This document shows, piece after piece, positions 41,166-50,674 of a stretch of DNA of 64,000 nucleotides. Position 1 is the stretch's first letter. Each line of letters begins with the position of its first letter. Source of the stretch: an uncultured delta proteobacterium (GTDB lineage Bacteria; Desulfobacterota; WTBG01); NCBI GenBank assembly GCA_963793865.1, contig CAWCBP010000014.1, positions 160,001 through 224,000 on the forward strand. Reading direction: 5' to 3'. Below the pieces are notes generated by a model that did no database searches, was not told the origin of the DNA, and saw nothing but the letters and a program-made list of their open reading frames with translations. The translations under genes and the position numbers were made by a program.

Positions 41166-41685
41166 ACCCTTGCCCCTCCTCAAACAATTAAACCCCACCC
41201 TCTCAGACCTTCTCCATCTGAGAAAAAGCGGGGTTATGTCAATAAGTGCGTTCATCGGAACACCTATAAATGACCTTATGATTTTAAATTAAAGCACAGA
41301 ATCCCTCTTTTATCAATGTAATTCTATCTTCTTCATTCCGGGGATTAATACCATATCTTGCGGATGCCTGTAATGAGAAAATTCTGAATGCTATAACAAA
41401 AATCTGAGTTTCAGATAATGCCCAAGATACATCCTCGAACTGCGTAGATCGAGGGAGATGCAATTTATGAAGGTTACTACCATTTATGCGAAGCAAAAGG
41501 TGTCAGAGCAGGGATCAATATTACGTTGTAAAATATTGAATGTGGATGACCTTTGATCGTGGCGCAAAATAAGAAGACAATGGAGGCAGATCTCATGATT
41601 CAACATACGCAGTGCACCGCCCTTAAGCAGAGCGGTATAGCAGTATGGAATAGAGAGACATTACCCAGAAGTTATTGATGGGCTG

Positions 41686-42969
41686 CTATCCTTCGGTTGC
41701 GCGGGCGCTGCCGGTCTGTGTGCCGAGTGAACTGATAACCGCTTCAGCGGCACGGCGGCCTGAGACCATGGCCCACTGGATCGATGCTGCAGAGCCGTAT
41801 TCGCCGCAGACGAACAGACGGGGACGGATTTGAGCAGGTGCTGCGGCGGGATGTAAGACAGGCGGGATTTGTAGGGGTAATGCGTGAGGAATGCGGTAGA
41901 TGCGCAAATAATGCCAGCTGCTGACTTGCGGCCCGAACCATTCCTGCAACTGGGTCCTGACGCTCGTTTCCAGCTGCTGATCGTTCTGTCCGGGATTGCC
42001 TAAAACGCTTACACTGATAAGAGACCTGCCTCGTGGTGCATAGCCCGAAGCCACTCTGCTCGGTGAACAGAGACTGTTGATAGGTCCCCGTCCGTCGCCA
42101 TTAAGGATCAGGACGGGTTCTGACACCGGAGGTTCATCAGCACCGTAGTAGATGCAGCTTGCGCTGCGGGAGCCGGGAGTTGTTGCATCACCCAGAAGCC
42201 GGGCCGCTTCAGGTCCCTCGGTTGCCACAACCACCGCATGCGCCCTGATCTGTTCCCCGCCGGCGAGGGTCACACAATCATCCTGAATCGATGCGACTCG
42301 GGCCTCCGTGCGCACGCTTCCGGAGGGTAATCGTGCAGCAAGCTGCTTCGGAATGGCCTCCATTCCACCCGAAGGTAACGCCGTATCACCCATCGAAAAG
42401 AAGCGAAATCCGAATTCGAGCATCCGGCTGGAGACCCCGAGCGCCGGATCAAAGAAGACCCCTCCGATAAAAGGTCTGAAGAAGCGATCGATCATGCCTT
42501 CCGAAAAGCCGATGCTGCGCAGTGCCTGCATGGTCGTGGTTTCCGGTCGATGATAGAGATCATCAAGCGAACCGGCCAGGGCCTGTCGTCTGAGTTTCCC
42601 GATCCGGAGCTTGTCCGTGAAACTTCCTATGGGTGCGAAGATGCCGCGCAGGCCGTCCAGCGGGTGGCGCCAGGGATCTGCAAAACGGTAGAATCGATTC
42701 TTATAGCGGATCAAAGCGCCCGGATAGAAGCTGCAGAGATTGAGGGCATCATAGTCAAGCACATGTTGCGCCTCTGGATAGGCGGCCAACAGGACCTGGA
42801 ATCCATGGTCAAGTAAAAAACCATCCACCCTGTCGGTTTTAATCCTTCCACCTATCCGGTTGTCCGCCTCCAGCACCTGGAATGAAAGCCCGCCCTGATG
42901 CAATCGAAGTGCGCAGCACAAACCCGACAGCCCTCCGCCGATAATCAGAACATCAGCCCCGGATGCCAT
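41686..42969 (-). CDS. FAD-dependent oxidoreductase (flavin amine oxidase / protoporphyrinogen oxidase-like)
   Basis: IIGGGLSGL, EA..RIGGR..T, LDHGFQV, AMVSGRRAA. Confidence 0.88.
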   Translation of the reverse strand: MASGADVLIIGGGLSGLCCALRLHQGGLSFQVLEADNRIGGRIKTDRVDGFLLDHGFQVLLAAYPEAQHVLDYDALNLCSFYPGALIRYKNRFYRFADPWRHPLDGLRGIFAPIGSFTDKLRIGKLRRQALAGSLDDLYHRPETTTMQALRSIGFSEGMIDRFFRPFIGGVFFDPALGVSSRMLEFGFRFFSMGDTALPSGGMEAIPKQLAARLPSGSVRTEARVASIQDDCVTLAGGEQIRAHAVVVATEGPEAARLLGDATTPGSRSASCIYYGADEPPVSEPVLILNGDGRGPINSLCSPSRVASGYAPRGRSLISVSVLGNPGQNDQQLETSVRTQLQEWFGPQVSSWHYLRIYRIPHALPLQIPPVLHPAAAPAQIRPRLFVCGEYGSAASIQWAMVSGRRAAEAVISSLGTQTGSARATEG

Positions 42970-43128
42970 TTCCTGTATCCTCCAATGCGAAAGCCGCATT
43001 TATTGGGATTGCCAAAATCAAATGAACCATGTAAAAATAGTATCCGAGCCGTTGGCGGGGTGTCAAGATGAAAAGAACGGTTCAGAGGAACCGATCTTTT
43101 CAAGTGCCGACACTTTTCTCAATCATGT

Positions 43129-43596
43129 ATGGGGATGACGCGGATGAAAAAAACAGCGCAGTTGAGGGCATTTCTCAAGGACCTTTTCGCTTCCCAGCGA
43201 CTGGCGGTCCTGGCCACGCAGAACAATGGGGCGCCCTACGGGAACCTCATCGCCTTTATGGCCACCGACGACCTGAAGCATATTCTCTTTGCCACGACCC
43301 GGGCCACCCGGAAGTATGACTATATGGCAAGCAATCCCCGGATTGCCCTGGTGGTGGACAACCGGTCCAACCGGGAAGCCGATTTCCATCAGGCCGCCGC
43401 GGTGACCGTCACGGGAGTCGTATCGGATGTGGAAGGAGCGGAACGGGAGCGGTTCCAAAAGCTGTATCTTGCAAAACATCCTTATCTCAAGGATTTTGTC
43501 TCCTCCCCCACCTGCGCGCTGTTGAAGGTTGATGTGGAAACCTACTACGTGGTGAGCCGGTTTCAAAATGTGGTGGAACTGCAGATACACCGATGA
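43129..43596 (+). CDS. Pyridoxamine 5'-phosphate oxidase-like split-barrel protein
   Basis: LAVLAT...PY, FAT..TRK..NP.IAL; the true start may be 43144. Confidence 0.85.
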   Translation: MGMTRMKKTAQLRAFLKDLFASQRLAVLATQNNGAPYGNLIAFMATDDLKHILFATTRATRKYDYMASNPRIALVVDNRSNREADFHQAAAVTVTGVVSDVEGAERERFQKLYLAKHPYLKDFVSSPTCALLKVDVETYYVVSRFQNVVELQIHR

Positions 43597-45773
43597 ATTA
43601 CATGCTTGCGCTTCGCGAGATTGATGACCGGGACCGGAAAGAGGTTGGAGGAAAGGCACTGTCCCTTGCGCGCCTCTCCCGGATAGGAATGAATGTTCCG
43701 GAAGCGTATTGCGTAAAGGCAGCGGTCTATCGCGCATTTATCTCCGCCGCCGGTCTCAAGGAGCGCATCCTGCTGGAAATCAGCCGCAAGCCGTTTGGGG
43801 ACATGCGCTGGGAGGAGCTGTGGGACGCCTCCCTGCGGATTCGCAACATGTTCCTGCAGACGCCTCTTCCGCCGGAGATGACGCAGGCATTGCGGTTGAG
43901 CATAGAGGAAACATTCGGCGATAAAGCGGTTGTGGTCAGATCCTCCGCGCCCGGTGAGGATTCCGGTGAGACATCTTTTGCCGGCCTTCATGAGTCTTAC
44001 GTCAACGTGCGCGGGCCTGAGGCCATCCTGGAACACATGCGGCTGGTGTGGGCATCGTTATGGTCGGATGCCGCGCTCCTGTACCGGCAGGAATTGGGCC
44101 TGGACATTGAAAAGAGTTCCATGGCTGTGCTCATCCAGGAGATTGTTAATGGGGATCGATCCGGCGTTGCCTTTGGAAAGAATCCTCATGATGGAGCGCA
44201 GGCGGTGATCGAGGCGGTTTATGGGCTGAACACGGGTCTGGTAGACGGCACGGTAGAGCCGGACCGATGGATACTCGACCGCCGCACCGGGAAAATACTT
44301 TCTCACCGACCTGTCGTCCGGGAGAAATCCGTAAGGCCTGCATCCGAGGGCATCCGCCTCGAACCACTGGCACCCGCTCTGTCAGAGAAGCCGCCTCTGA
44401 ATGAAGACGAGATTGGGAGCATCTTCGGCCGGGTATGCCGGGCTGAGGAACATTTCGGGGCGCCCCAGGATGTGGAGTGGACGTACCGGGGAGACGAACT
44501 GTTTATTCTCCAATCCCGCCCCATCACCACTGTTTCCTCTGAATCGTCGGAAGACAGGAGGCCATGGCATCTCAGCCTGCGCAGAAGTTTCGAAAACCTC
44601 AAGGCCCTGCGCACGAGAATTGAAGAAGAATTAATCCCGGCCATGACCGACGATGCCGATCGGCTTGCAGACGTTGATTATACCATGCTTTCCGATGCAC
44701 AACTGGCTGATGAAATTGCCCGGCGAAGGGATATGCGCGAGCATTGGATTTCAGTCTATTGGAGCGATTTCATTCCCTTTGCCCACGGGATGCGCCTGTT
44801 CGGCCAGTTTTACAATGACCGGGTAAAACCGGAAGACCCGTATGAGTTTATGGATCTGCTTGGCAGCGGATCTCTGCAAAGCCTGGAACGTAATCAGCAG
44901 CTTGAAGCAATGGCACAGATGATTCGAGAAGATCCTTCGCTCGCTTTCCGTTTGAGGGAGGGCACGGTTGATGAGGGCGGCGACTTCCAGAGACGATTGG
45001 ATGCGTTTATCCGGCAGTTCGGAGATCTTTCCTGTTCCATTGGTGAGCAGACGCAGTGTCTTCAGGGTCCCCAAGGGATTATCAGGATTTTACTTACCAT
45101 GGCGTCACGGCAACCGGTGAACAGAAGACGTGTATCGCATGATCTCAGCACGCTCACGTCCGGCTTTCTTTCCCGTTTTGAAGGTAAAGAAAGGGAATTT
45201 GCCGCTGAACTGCTTGACCTGGGCCGGGCGAGTTATCGGTTGCGGGATGATGATAACATCTATCTTGACAGGATTGAGCGGGAAGTGATTGCTGCCGCGG
45301 AGGAGGGAAGACGCAGAATCGAAAAACGCTGCAGTATGAAAGTTGATTCTTCAGATCCCGATGAAATCATGCGAGCGCTGCAAGACCCGCATTACATTCC
45401 GGCAAAGCGCTCCGCTGCTGAAGAGATACAGCCTTCCTCCGGGCTGAAGCTGCGGCAAATCGTCGGTCAACCTGCGGGTCCCGGCATTACAAAAGGCAAG
45501 GCGAGGGTTATTCTGAGCCCATCAGATATCTTTGCCTTTGAATCAGGGGAGATTCTGGTCTGTGATGCCATTGAGCCCACCATGACCTTTGTGGTTCCTC
45601 TGGCATCGGGAATCATAGAGCGCAGGGGCGGGATGCTGATTCACGGGGCCATCATCGCTCGCGAGTATGGCATTCCCTGCGTAACCGGGATTCCCGATGC
45701 CACCTCTCTGATCCGTACCGGAGATGTGGTTACGGTGGACGGATATTTGGGAATCGTCATAGTCGGCGCGTGA
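43593..45773 (+). CDS. PEP-synthase-like phosphotransferase (ATP-grasp, middle domain, C-terminal phospho-His domain)
   Basis: VGGKA, VVRSSAPGED..SFAG, PQDVEW..LQSRPIT, GGMLIHGAIIAREYGIP. Confidence 0.88.
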   Translation: MNYMLALREIDDRDRKEVGGKALSLARLSRIGMNVPEAYCVKAAVYRAFISAAGLKERILLEISRKPFGDMRWEELWDASLRIRNMFLQTPLPPEMTQALRLSIEETFGDKAVVVRSSAPGEDSGETSFAGLHESYVNVRGPEAILEHMRLVWASLWSDAALLYRQELGLDIEKSSMAVLIQEIVNGDRSGVAFGKNPHDGAQAVIEAVYGLNTGLVDGTVEPDRWILDRRTGKILSHRPVVREKSVRPASEGIRLEPLAPALSEKPPLNEDEIGSIFGRVCRAEEHFGAPQDVEWTYRGDELFILQSRPITTVSSESSEDRRPWHLSLRRSFENLKALRTRIEEELIPAMTDDADRLADVDYTMLSDAQLADEIARRRDMREHWISVYWSDFIPFAHGMRLFGQFYNDRVKPEDPYEFMDLLGSGSLQSLERNQQLEAMAQMIREDPSLAFRLREGTVDEGGDFQRRLDAFIRQFGDLSCSIGEQTQCLQGPQGIIRILLTMASRQPVNRRRVSHDLSTLTSGFLSRFEGKEREFAAELLDLGRASYRLRDDDNIYLDRIEREVIAAAEEGRRRIEKRCSMKVDSSDPDEIMRALQDPHYIPAKRSAAEEIQPSSGLKLRQIVGQPAGPGITKGKARVILSPSDIFAFESGEILVCDAIEPTMTFVVPLASGIIERRGGMLIHGAIIAREYGIPCVTGIPDATSLIRTGDVVTVDGYLGIVIVGA

Positions 45774-45964
45774 GGTTCATCCCGCGGTTCTTTACTAATT
45801 GATTTCTCCTTGATAGGAAGGCAGGTTCGGGAACAGCTATGCATTGGCAAAACCTGAGGAGGTAGCAGGGAAGGGGGGACGTTGATGCAGAGGGTGCTTT
45901 GCGGGAAAGAGGTGCAGCCAGCAACAGCGAACATATCGCGCCTGAATGCGCTGCGGGCATAATT

Positions 45965-47251
45965 TCAAATGCCGCGGCGCCCTGCTGTTGCTGATAGCGT
46001 GTACGGTTGAAATCCTTCGCCCTTCATGGTGCATCTGCTCTTATACGCTTCATAGGCGTCTACATTATTTACACAGCCGGGATACTGAATGGGGAACGGC
46101 AATGACTCCATGGCGGTCTTGCTGATTTCGTGGGAAAGGAATCTTCCTTTTGCGGTGAAGCAACCGTTCTCGGTATAACCACACAGGTTTAAGCACGCCG
46201 CAAAGGTACGCAGATACCAGGGCAGGCTGACGGATGCATCAATATTTAAGTCATACATCATTTTTGATAAAGCACGCATATGCTTATTGCTCCCGCTACC
46301 GGTTGATAAAAATCCCATGCGTTTAGCATCAGCCATTGCCTGTAAATACACCGGGATTTCAGGATTCATCATTCGGGCAGTGCCATATGCCGAATATGCC
46401 CCGGCACCAAAACCAATATAATCTATGGCCAGTTCATTGCCGGACGAATCATACACCTCACCAGTATCCTCCCGGCTGAGAATCCATGCGGTTCTTCTGA
46501 TGTAGCCTCGTTCCGCCAGCCGTGCGCTGATGCGTTCAATATGCTCAAATTGGTCCATGGAAGAGAAAGAAGGTGTGAACGGCACACGCTTGCCTTTCAC
46601 CTGTACGATTGGATAAAGAGCAATTTGGTCAGGTGCAATGCGCTCGATTGCTGAAACATCATCGGCAAGAGATGCTTCGGTTTGCCCGGGCAAGCCGATC
46701 ATAAAGTCCAGGCTGGTCCACAGGCCTATGGACCGGGCATGTTCAACCACATCACTGATAAACCAGGATGGCGCGTTCTTTCTGCCGGTTTTTTTTAGGG
46801 GCTCCGCGGCAAAAGACTCGATGCCCATGCTGATTTTTGAAAAGCCCATATGCTTTAAGCCGTCCAGGTACTCTTTGGTCAAAAGAGACGGCAGAAGCTC
46901 AATGGCGTAGTACGATGCAGTAATATATTTTTGCAAGCACGCAATGATTTCATTGAGTGAAGCAAGCGAAAGGCAATTCGGGGTGCCTCCGCCAAAATAG
47001 ACCCACCGGGCATGTCCTGCCGGCTTGCACAATTTGATCTCTTGCAGTACCGCCGCTGTATAATCAGATTGGCTGTATTTGCTGAACCGTTCGCTGTAAA
47101 AAGCGCAAAACGAACAACGCTGGATGCAAAGCGGTATATTAACATAGACGCCGAAAGCATCTGGCACATTGATTTCCGGAAGCTCAGTAAACTGATAGCT
47201 TATTTTTGAAAGCTTTTTTTTCAGCATCAGACAAAATAATTTTTCAATCAT
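45965..47251 (-). CDS. HemN/HemW-like radical SAM protein
   Basis: VYVNIPLCIQRCSFCAF, VYFGGGTP, ISMGIES, GLPGQT, YIGFGAGA. Confidence 0.88.
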   Translation of the reverse strand: MIEKLFCLMLKKKLSKISYQFTELPEINVPDAFGVYVNIPLCIQRCSFCAFYSERFSKYSQSDYTAAVLQEIKLCKPAGHARWVYFGGGTPNCLSLASLNEIIACLQKYITASYYAIELLPSLLTKEYLDGLKHMGFSKISMGIESFAAEPLKKTGRKNAPSWFISDVVEHARSIGLWTSLDFMIGLPGQTEASLADDVSAIERIAPDQIALYPIVQVKGKRVPFTPSFSSMDQFEHIERISARLAERGYIRRTAWILSREDTGEVYDSSGNELAIDYIGFGAGAYSAYGTARMMNPEIPVYLQAMADAKRMGFLSTGSGSNKHMRALSKMMYDLNIDASVSLPWYLRTFAACLNLCGYTENGCFTAKGRFLSHEISKTAMESLPFPIQYPGCVNNVDAYEAYKSRCTMKGEGFQPYTLSATAGRRGI

Positions 47252-47374
47252 CCATTATTCTCCGGAATGAAAGAGAATCCCCTGACCCGCCATACAGCAG
47301 ATCAGGGGACGCCGTTTTTTATCCACCGACAGACGATGCAGTCCCTTTTCCACGGGGATGCATCATTTTCCATG

Positions 47375-47545
47375 ACATTACAGGCAGGTCTTCTGGCTTC
47401 CGGATCTTCCCTCGGGCTGCGCCTTCCCGTCATTTCCGACAGTGGCATGATGCAGCGTCAGTCCCCGGTTACAGCGACGGGTCCGCGACGGATTTACACC
47501 GTCTTCCCTTTTAAACCTCTCTGGGTTCCCGTAAGTAGTTTTTTA
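47375..47545 (-). ncRNA. Cobalamin (B12) riboswitch
   Basis: Minus strand reads TAAAAGGGAAGACGGTGTAAATCCGTCGCGGACCCGTCGCTGTAA..GCCACTG..GGGAAGGC..AAGCCAGAAGACCTGCC (B12 box). Confidence 0.93.
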
Positions 47546-47571
47546 GGGCGCATTTGCCTTGCGCCGAGGAA

Positions 47572-47600
47572 ACTATAGGCGGGTCAGGTGTATATGTCAA
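47572..47600 (-). promoter_or_regulatory. Sigma70 promoter for the riboswitch transcript
   Basis: TTGACA-17 bp-TATAGT on the minus strand. Confidence 0.8.
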
Positions 47601-47621
47601 TACAAAATTTGAAATAAACAA

Positions 47622-47697
47622 GGGGGTCGGGTCTCAATATTCAACATTTTATTTCAAAGCGATACCACGCATGTGTTGAATGTTGAGACCTGACCCC
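47622..47697. repeat. Inverted-repeat pair, GGGGTCAGGTCT-type REP
   Basis: GGGGTCGGGTCTCAATATTCAACA / TGTTGAATGTTGAGACCTGACCCC. Confidence 0.75.
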
Positions 47698-47711
47698 ATG
47701 ACAATACGCCC

Positions 47712-48191
47712 CTATTTTTCGGCAATTTTTTCAGCCAGCGCAAAGAGTTCTTTGAGGGATTCGGGAGTTGCAAAGCCCTGTCCCTGCCATCGGATGATTC
47801 CCTCCTTGTCCAGCAGAAAGGCATAACCGTAACGTGGCTCAAGGTTCAATTCTTTCATGTATTTTTCCACATCACCGTACATGGTCACGACATTTTTATG
47901 CTTTTCCCTGGGGATGCCGCCGCGCATGCCGCTGTCAATGATAATCCGCATGAATCTATATCCCGAGGAAATCATCGGCACCTCGTAAAAGGTGAACCCA
48001 TCCTTACCGCCAAATCGTTCGGCAAATGGCCCAAGCCATGAATCAAGCTGTGGCTGACTCTGCTGCAGGAAGGCAACAGCGATAAGCGCAACTTTCCCCT
48101 TGGCTGACTCGGGGATGGATTCGCGGGTTTTTGCCAGTGACTCCGCAGTGACTTCAGGAAATTTTTTTCCAATATTAGGGTTTGCTTGCAT
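47712..48191 (-). CDS. Thioredoxin-fold protein, ATP10-like
   Basis: FPEVTAESL, QLDSW, FYEVPMI, YAFLLDKEGIIRWQGQGFAT; RBS GGAGG. Confidence 0.7.
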   Translation of the reverse strand: MQANPNIGKKFPEVTAESLAKTRESIPESAKGKVALIAVAFLQQSQPQLDSWLGPFAERFGGKDGFTFYEVPMISSGYRFMRIIIDSGMRGGIPREKHKNVVTMYGDVEKYMKELNLEPRYGYAFLLDKEGIIRWQGQGFATPESLKELFALAEKIAEK

Positions 48192-48364
48192 CGGTCATGA
48201 TGGTCCCTCCTCTCTGGTTGTTCGATCTTGTGCGAATGACTTTGTCTAAGGATGTGTCAGAAAAACTGCTTGCCAGCACCATGTCCGGCGCCAAGTACCA
48301 TAACTAAACAATTTCTAGCAAAGTAATGAGCAGACATTTTTAACTCCTGATAGAGAAGATAAAG

Positions 48365-50319
48365 CTACTGTTCAATCTCCCTGACCGCGTTAAACCCTCC
48401 CCATACGGCATCCATAATTGTGCCCGGTTCCCTGCAGTCACCGATGCTCATAACCTTTGGGTCGTCGGCAAACGACCTGCTGAGTTCGTTTTGTGAAAAC
48501 AGGCGACCGGCAAAAACGAGGCTGTCCATCGGTATCCTCTTCTCCGCGCCCAGCTGATCCGCCACCACTCCGTCACCGTCCAGCCGTAAAGGGATCGTGC
48601 CGCGCAACACGGTGATGTTTTTTTCTTCCCGCAGCATCCTGAGAAGCATTTCGCGATTGTGGATATCCATGATATTGGTATCAAGTTCAGCGGAATCCTC
48701 CCGCGCACAGAGCGTAACCAGCTTACCCCGTCTGGCCAGATAAAGGGCGGTTTCACACCCGGTGACCCCGGCGCCCATGATCAGGATTCTTTCTCCGTCG
48801 GGCTCCTTGCCGGACAAAACCTGAATGGTTGTCAGCACGTTACCTTCCTCAATGGGGGAGGGCTCCATGCCTGCGCCGGTGGCGAGGATGACGTAATCGG
48901 CGGCGAAGCTGCTTATAGCTTCGACGGTTGCCCGCCTGTTCAGCACAACATCAATGGCTAAACGGCCCGCAAGCTCCCTCAGGTAACTGAGATAATCAGC
49001 ATATATCCCGTTTGAAATCAGGCCTTGAGGCGGGCCACAAATTACCCCCCAATCGGTCAGACGACTTCCCACAGGGTAACCGCAAAGCCCCGCTGCACGC
49101 CCACCCGCGCTGCTTCAACGCCGGCCGGGCCGCCTCCGACCACGAGGAGGGTGCGCTTTTGTTTGAGCGGGATCAGCGGCCTATCGGTTTCATGTCCGCA
49201 GACCGGGTTGAGCGCGCAGCTGGTCGGCTCTCCGGCGATCATCTGCCACAGGCAACCCTCATGGCAGCCAATGCAGGGCATCATCTCCGCAGTTCTGCCG
49301 CGTTGCACCTTATTGACCCATTCCGGCTCCGCCAGCAGGCCTCTGCCGATGGCAATAAAGTCGGCTTTTCCCTCGGAGAGCGCCCGCTCAGCCACCTCCG
49401 GGTATTGCAAACGACCGACGGATATGACCGGCAGACTGCAAACCTTTTTGACCTTCGCAGCCAGATCCACCATGCAGCCCGGCGGCTGATACTGGGGGGG
49501 ATGGGGCCACCAGCCGGTTTCGTAACAGCCCGCGTCAACATGCAAAGCGTCAACCCCCATTTTCTCCAGCTCTGCCGCAATCCACAATCCTTCTTCCTCC
49601 TCCCGGCCGCCTTCGAGATGATGCTTTATTCCAAAGCGGTAGATGATGGGAAAATCAGCGCCGGCATCGCGCTTGATGGCCTGAATCGCTTCCCGGGCAA
49701 AGGTAAGCCGCTTTTCCCGCGACCCGCCATAGCGGTCATCGCGCCGGTTCCAGAGGCCGGTCATAAACTGGTCAAGCAGATAGCCCTCGTGGCCGTGCAG
49801 TTCAACGCAGTCGGCTCCCGCCTCGCGGCAACGCATGGCAGCGTAGCCAAAAGCCGCGGACAATGCCGCTGCTTCTTCAGTGGTGAGCGCCCGGCTGTTC
49901 AAATCAGCATAATCAGGCACATAAAAGTTGGTGTTCTCCGAAGCGGAAACCGGTTTCACGCCGTCGGGCACGACAAAAGGCGGGACAACCCGGCCAAATC
50001 CGGCGGTGAGCTGCATGCTCAGCCGGCAATCATGGGCATGAAGCCGATCCGCCAGCTTGCGCACGGCCGCGACATGCGTATCATTTGCCATGCTGAGCAG
50101 TCCTTCTGAACAGGGTTCCAGCGCCCGTGAAACGAATACCATCTCGGTGGTAATCATGCCGACACCGCCTGCGGCGCGGGTGCCGTAGTAAGCCCGTACC
50201 CGCTCACCCCAGTATTCCTCTGAGCCGGCATCACATGTCCCGCGGATGCCCATGGCCGCCATGATAATGCGGTTTTTAATGGTAAGCTTACCGATATGTC
50301 CCGGTTCCAAAAGTTTCAT
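48365..50319 (-). CDS. OYE-family NADH:flavin oxidoreductase (enoate / dienoyl-CoA reductase architecture); two apparent frameshifts at about 49000-49070
   Basis: KNRIIMAAM, ELHGHEGYLLDQF, CIGCHEGC..C, VVGGGPAG; colinear with the paralogue at 58197-60155. Confidence 0.88.
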
Positions 50320-50405
50320 AAAGAATCCAGTTCGTATTTTTTATTGGATCCTGCGATCAAGTCGCAGGATGACAGTTGGTGACGGAGGGCCATGCTCTGC
50401 CATGG

Positions 50406-50657
50406 CCATATACACAATTCGGACGCGACGGAGCGCGTCCCTCCTTGTCATTCTTATCCAGATGTAGAGGCAGCCGGCCGGTTGCCTCTACAAAGCGGAT
50501 ATTACTTTCGAATGAAACCCTTATGCCCCTTCGGGGCGCCACAAATCATGAAAACTGGTTTCAGTACTCTGTTTCCCCCTCACCTCAATCCTCTCCCCCG
50601 GGGAGAGGAGGTTTAAAAGGTTCCCTCTACCCTCCGGGGAGGGTTAGGGTGAGGGGG
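50406..50657. repeat. Composite dispersed repeat (GTAG REP plus CCCCTCACCC REPs), copy 1
   Basis: About 150 bp similar to 60234-60380 in direct orientation. Confidence 0.75.
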
Positions 50658-50674
50658 CACAATCTATTTTCGTG

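Noticed and set aside
41284..41496. 70-aa ORF in an AT-rich gap
   Set aside because: TTG start, no clear RBS or motif; possibly a gene relic but unsupported.
36830..41680. DGR template repeat or reverse transcriptase near the DUF1566 gene
   Set aside because: No AAC-rich copy of the VR and no reverse transcriptase ORF seen here or elsewhere in the window.
49012..50109. 365-aa plus-strand ORF and other long antisense ORFs (e.g. 32788-33654, 31462-32265, 63289-63792)
   Set aside because: Shadow frames opposite well-supported GC-rich genes, with no motifs.
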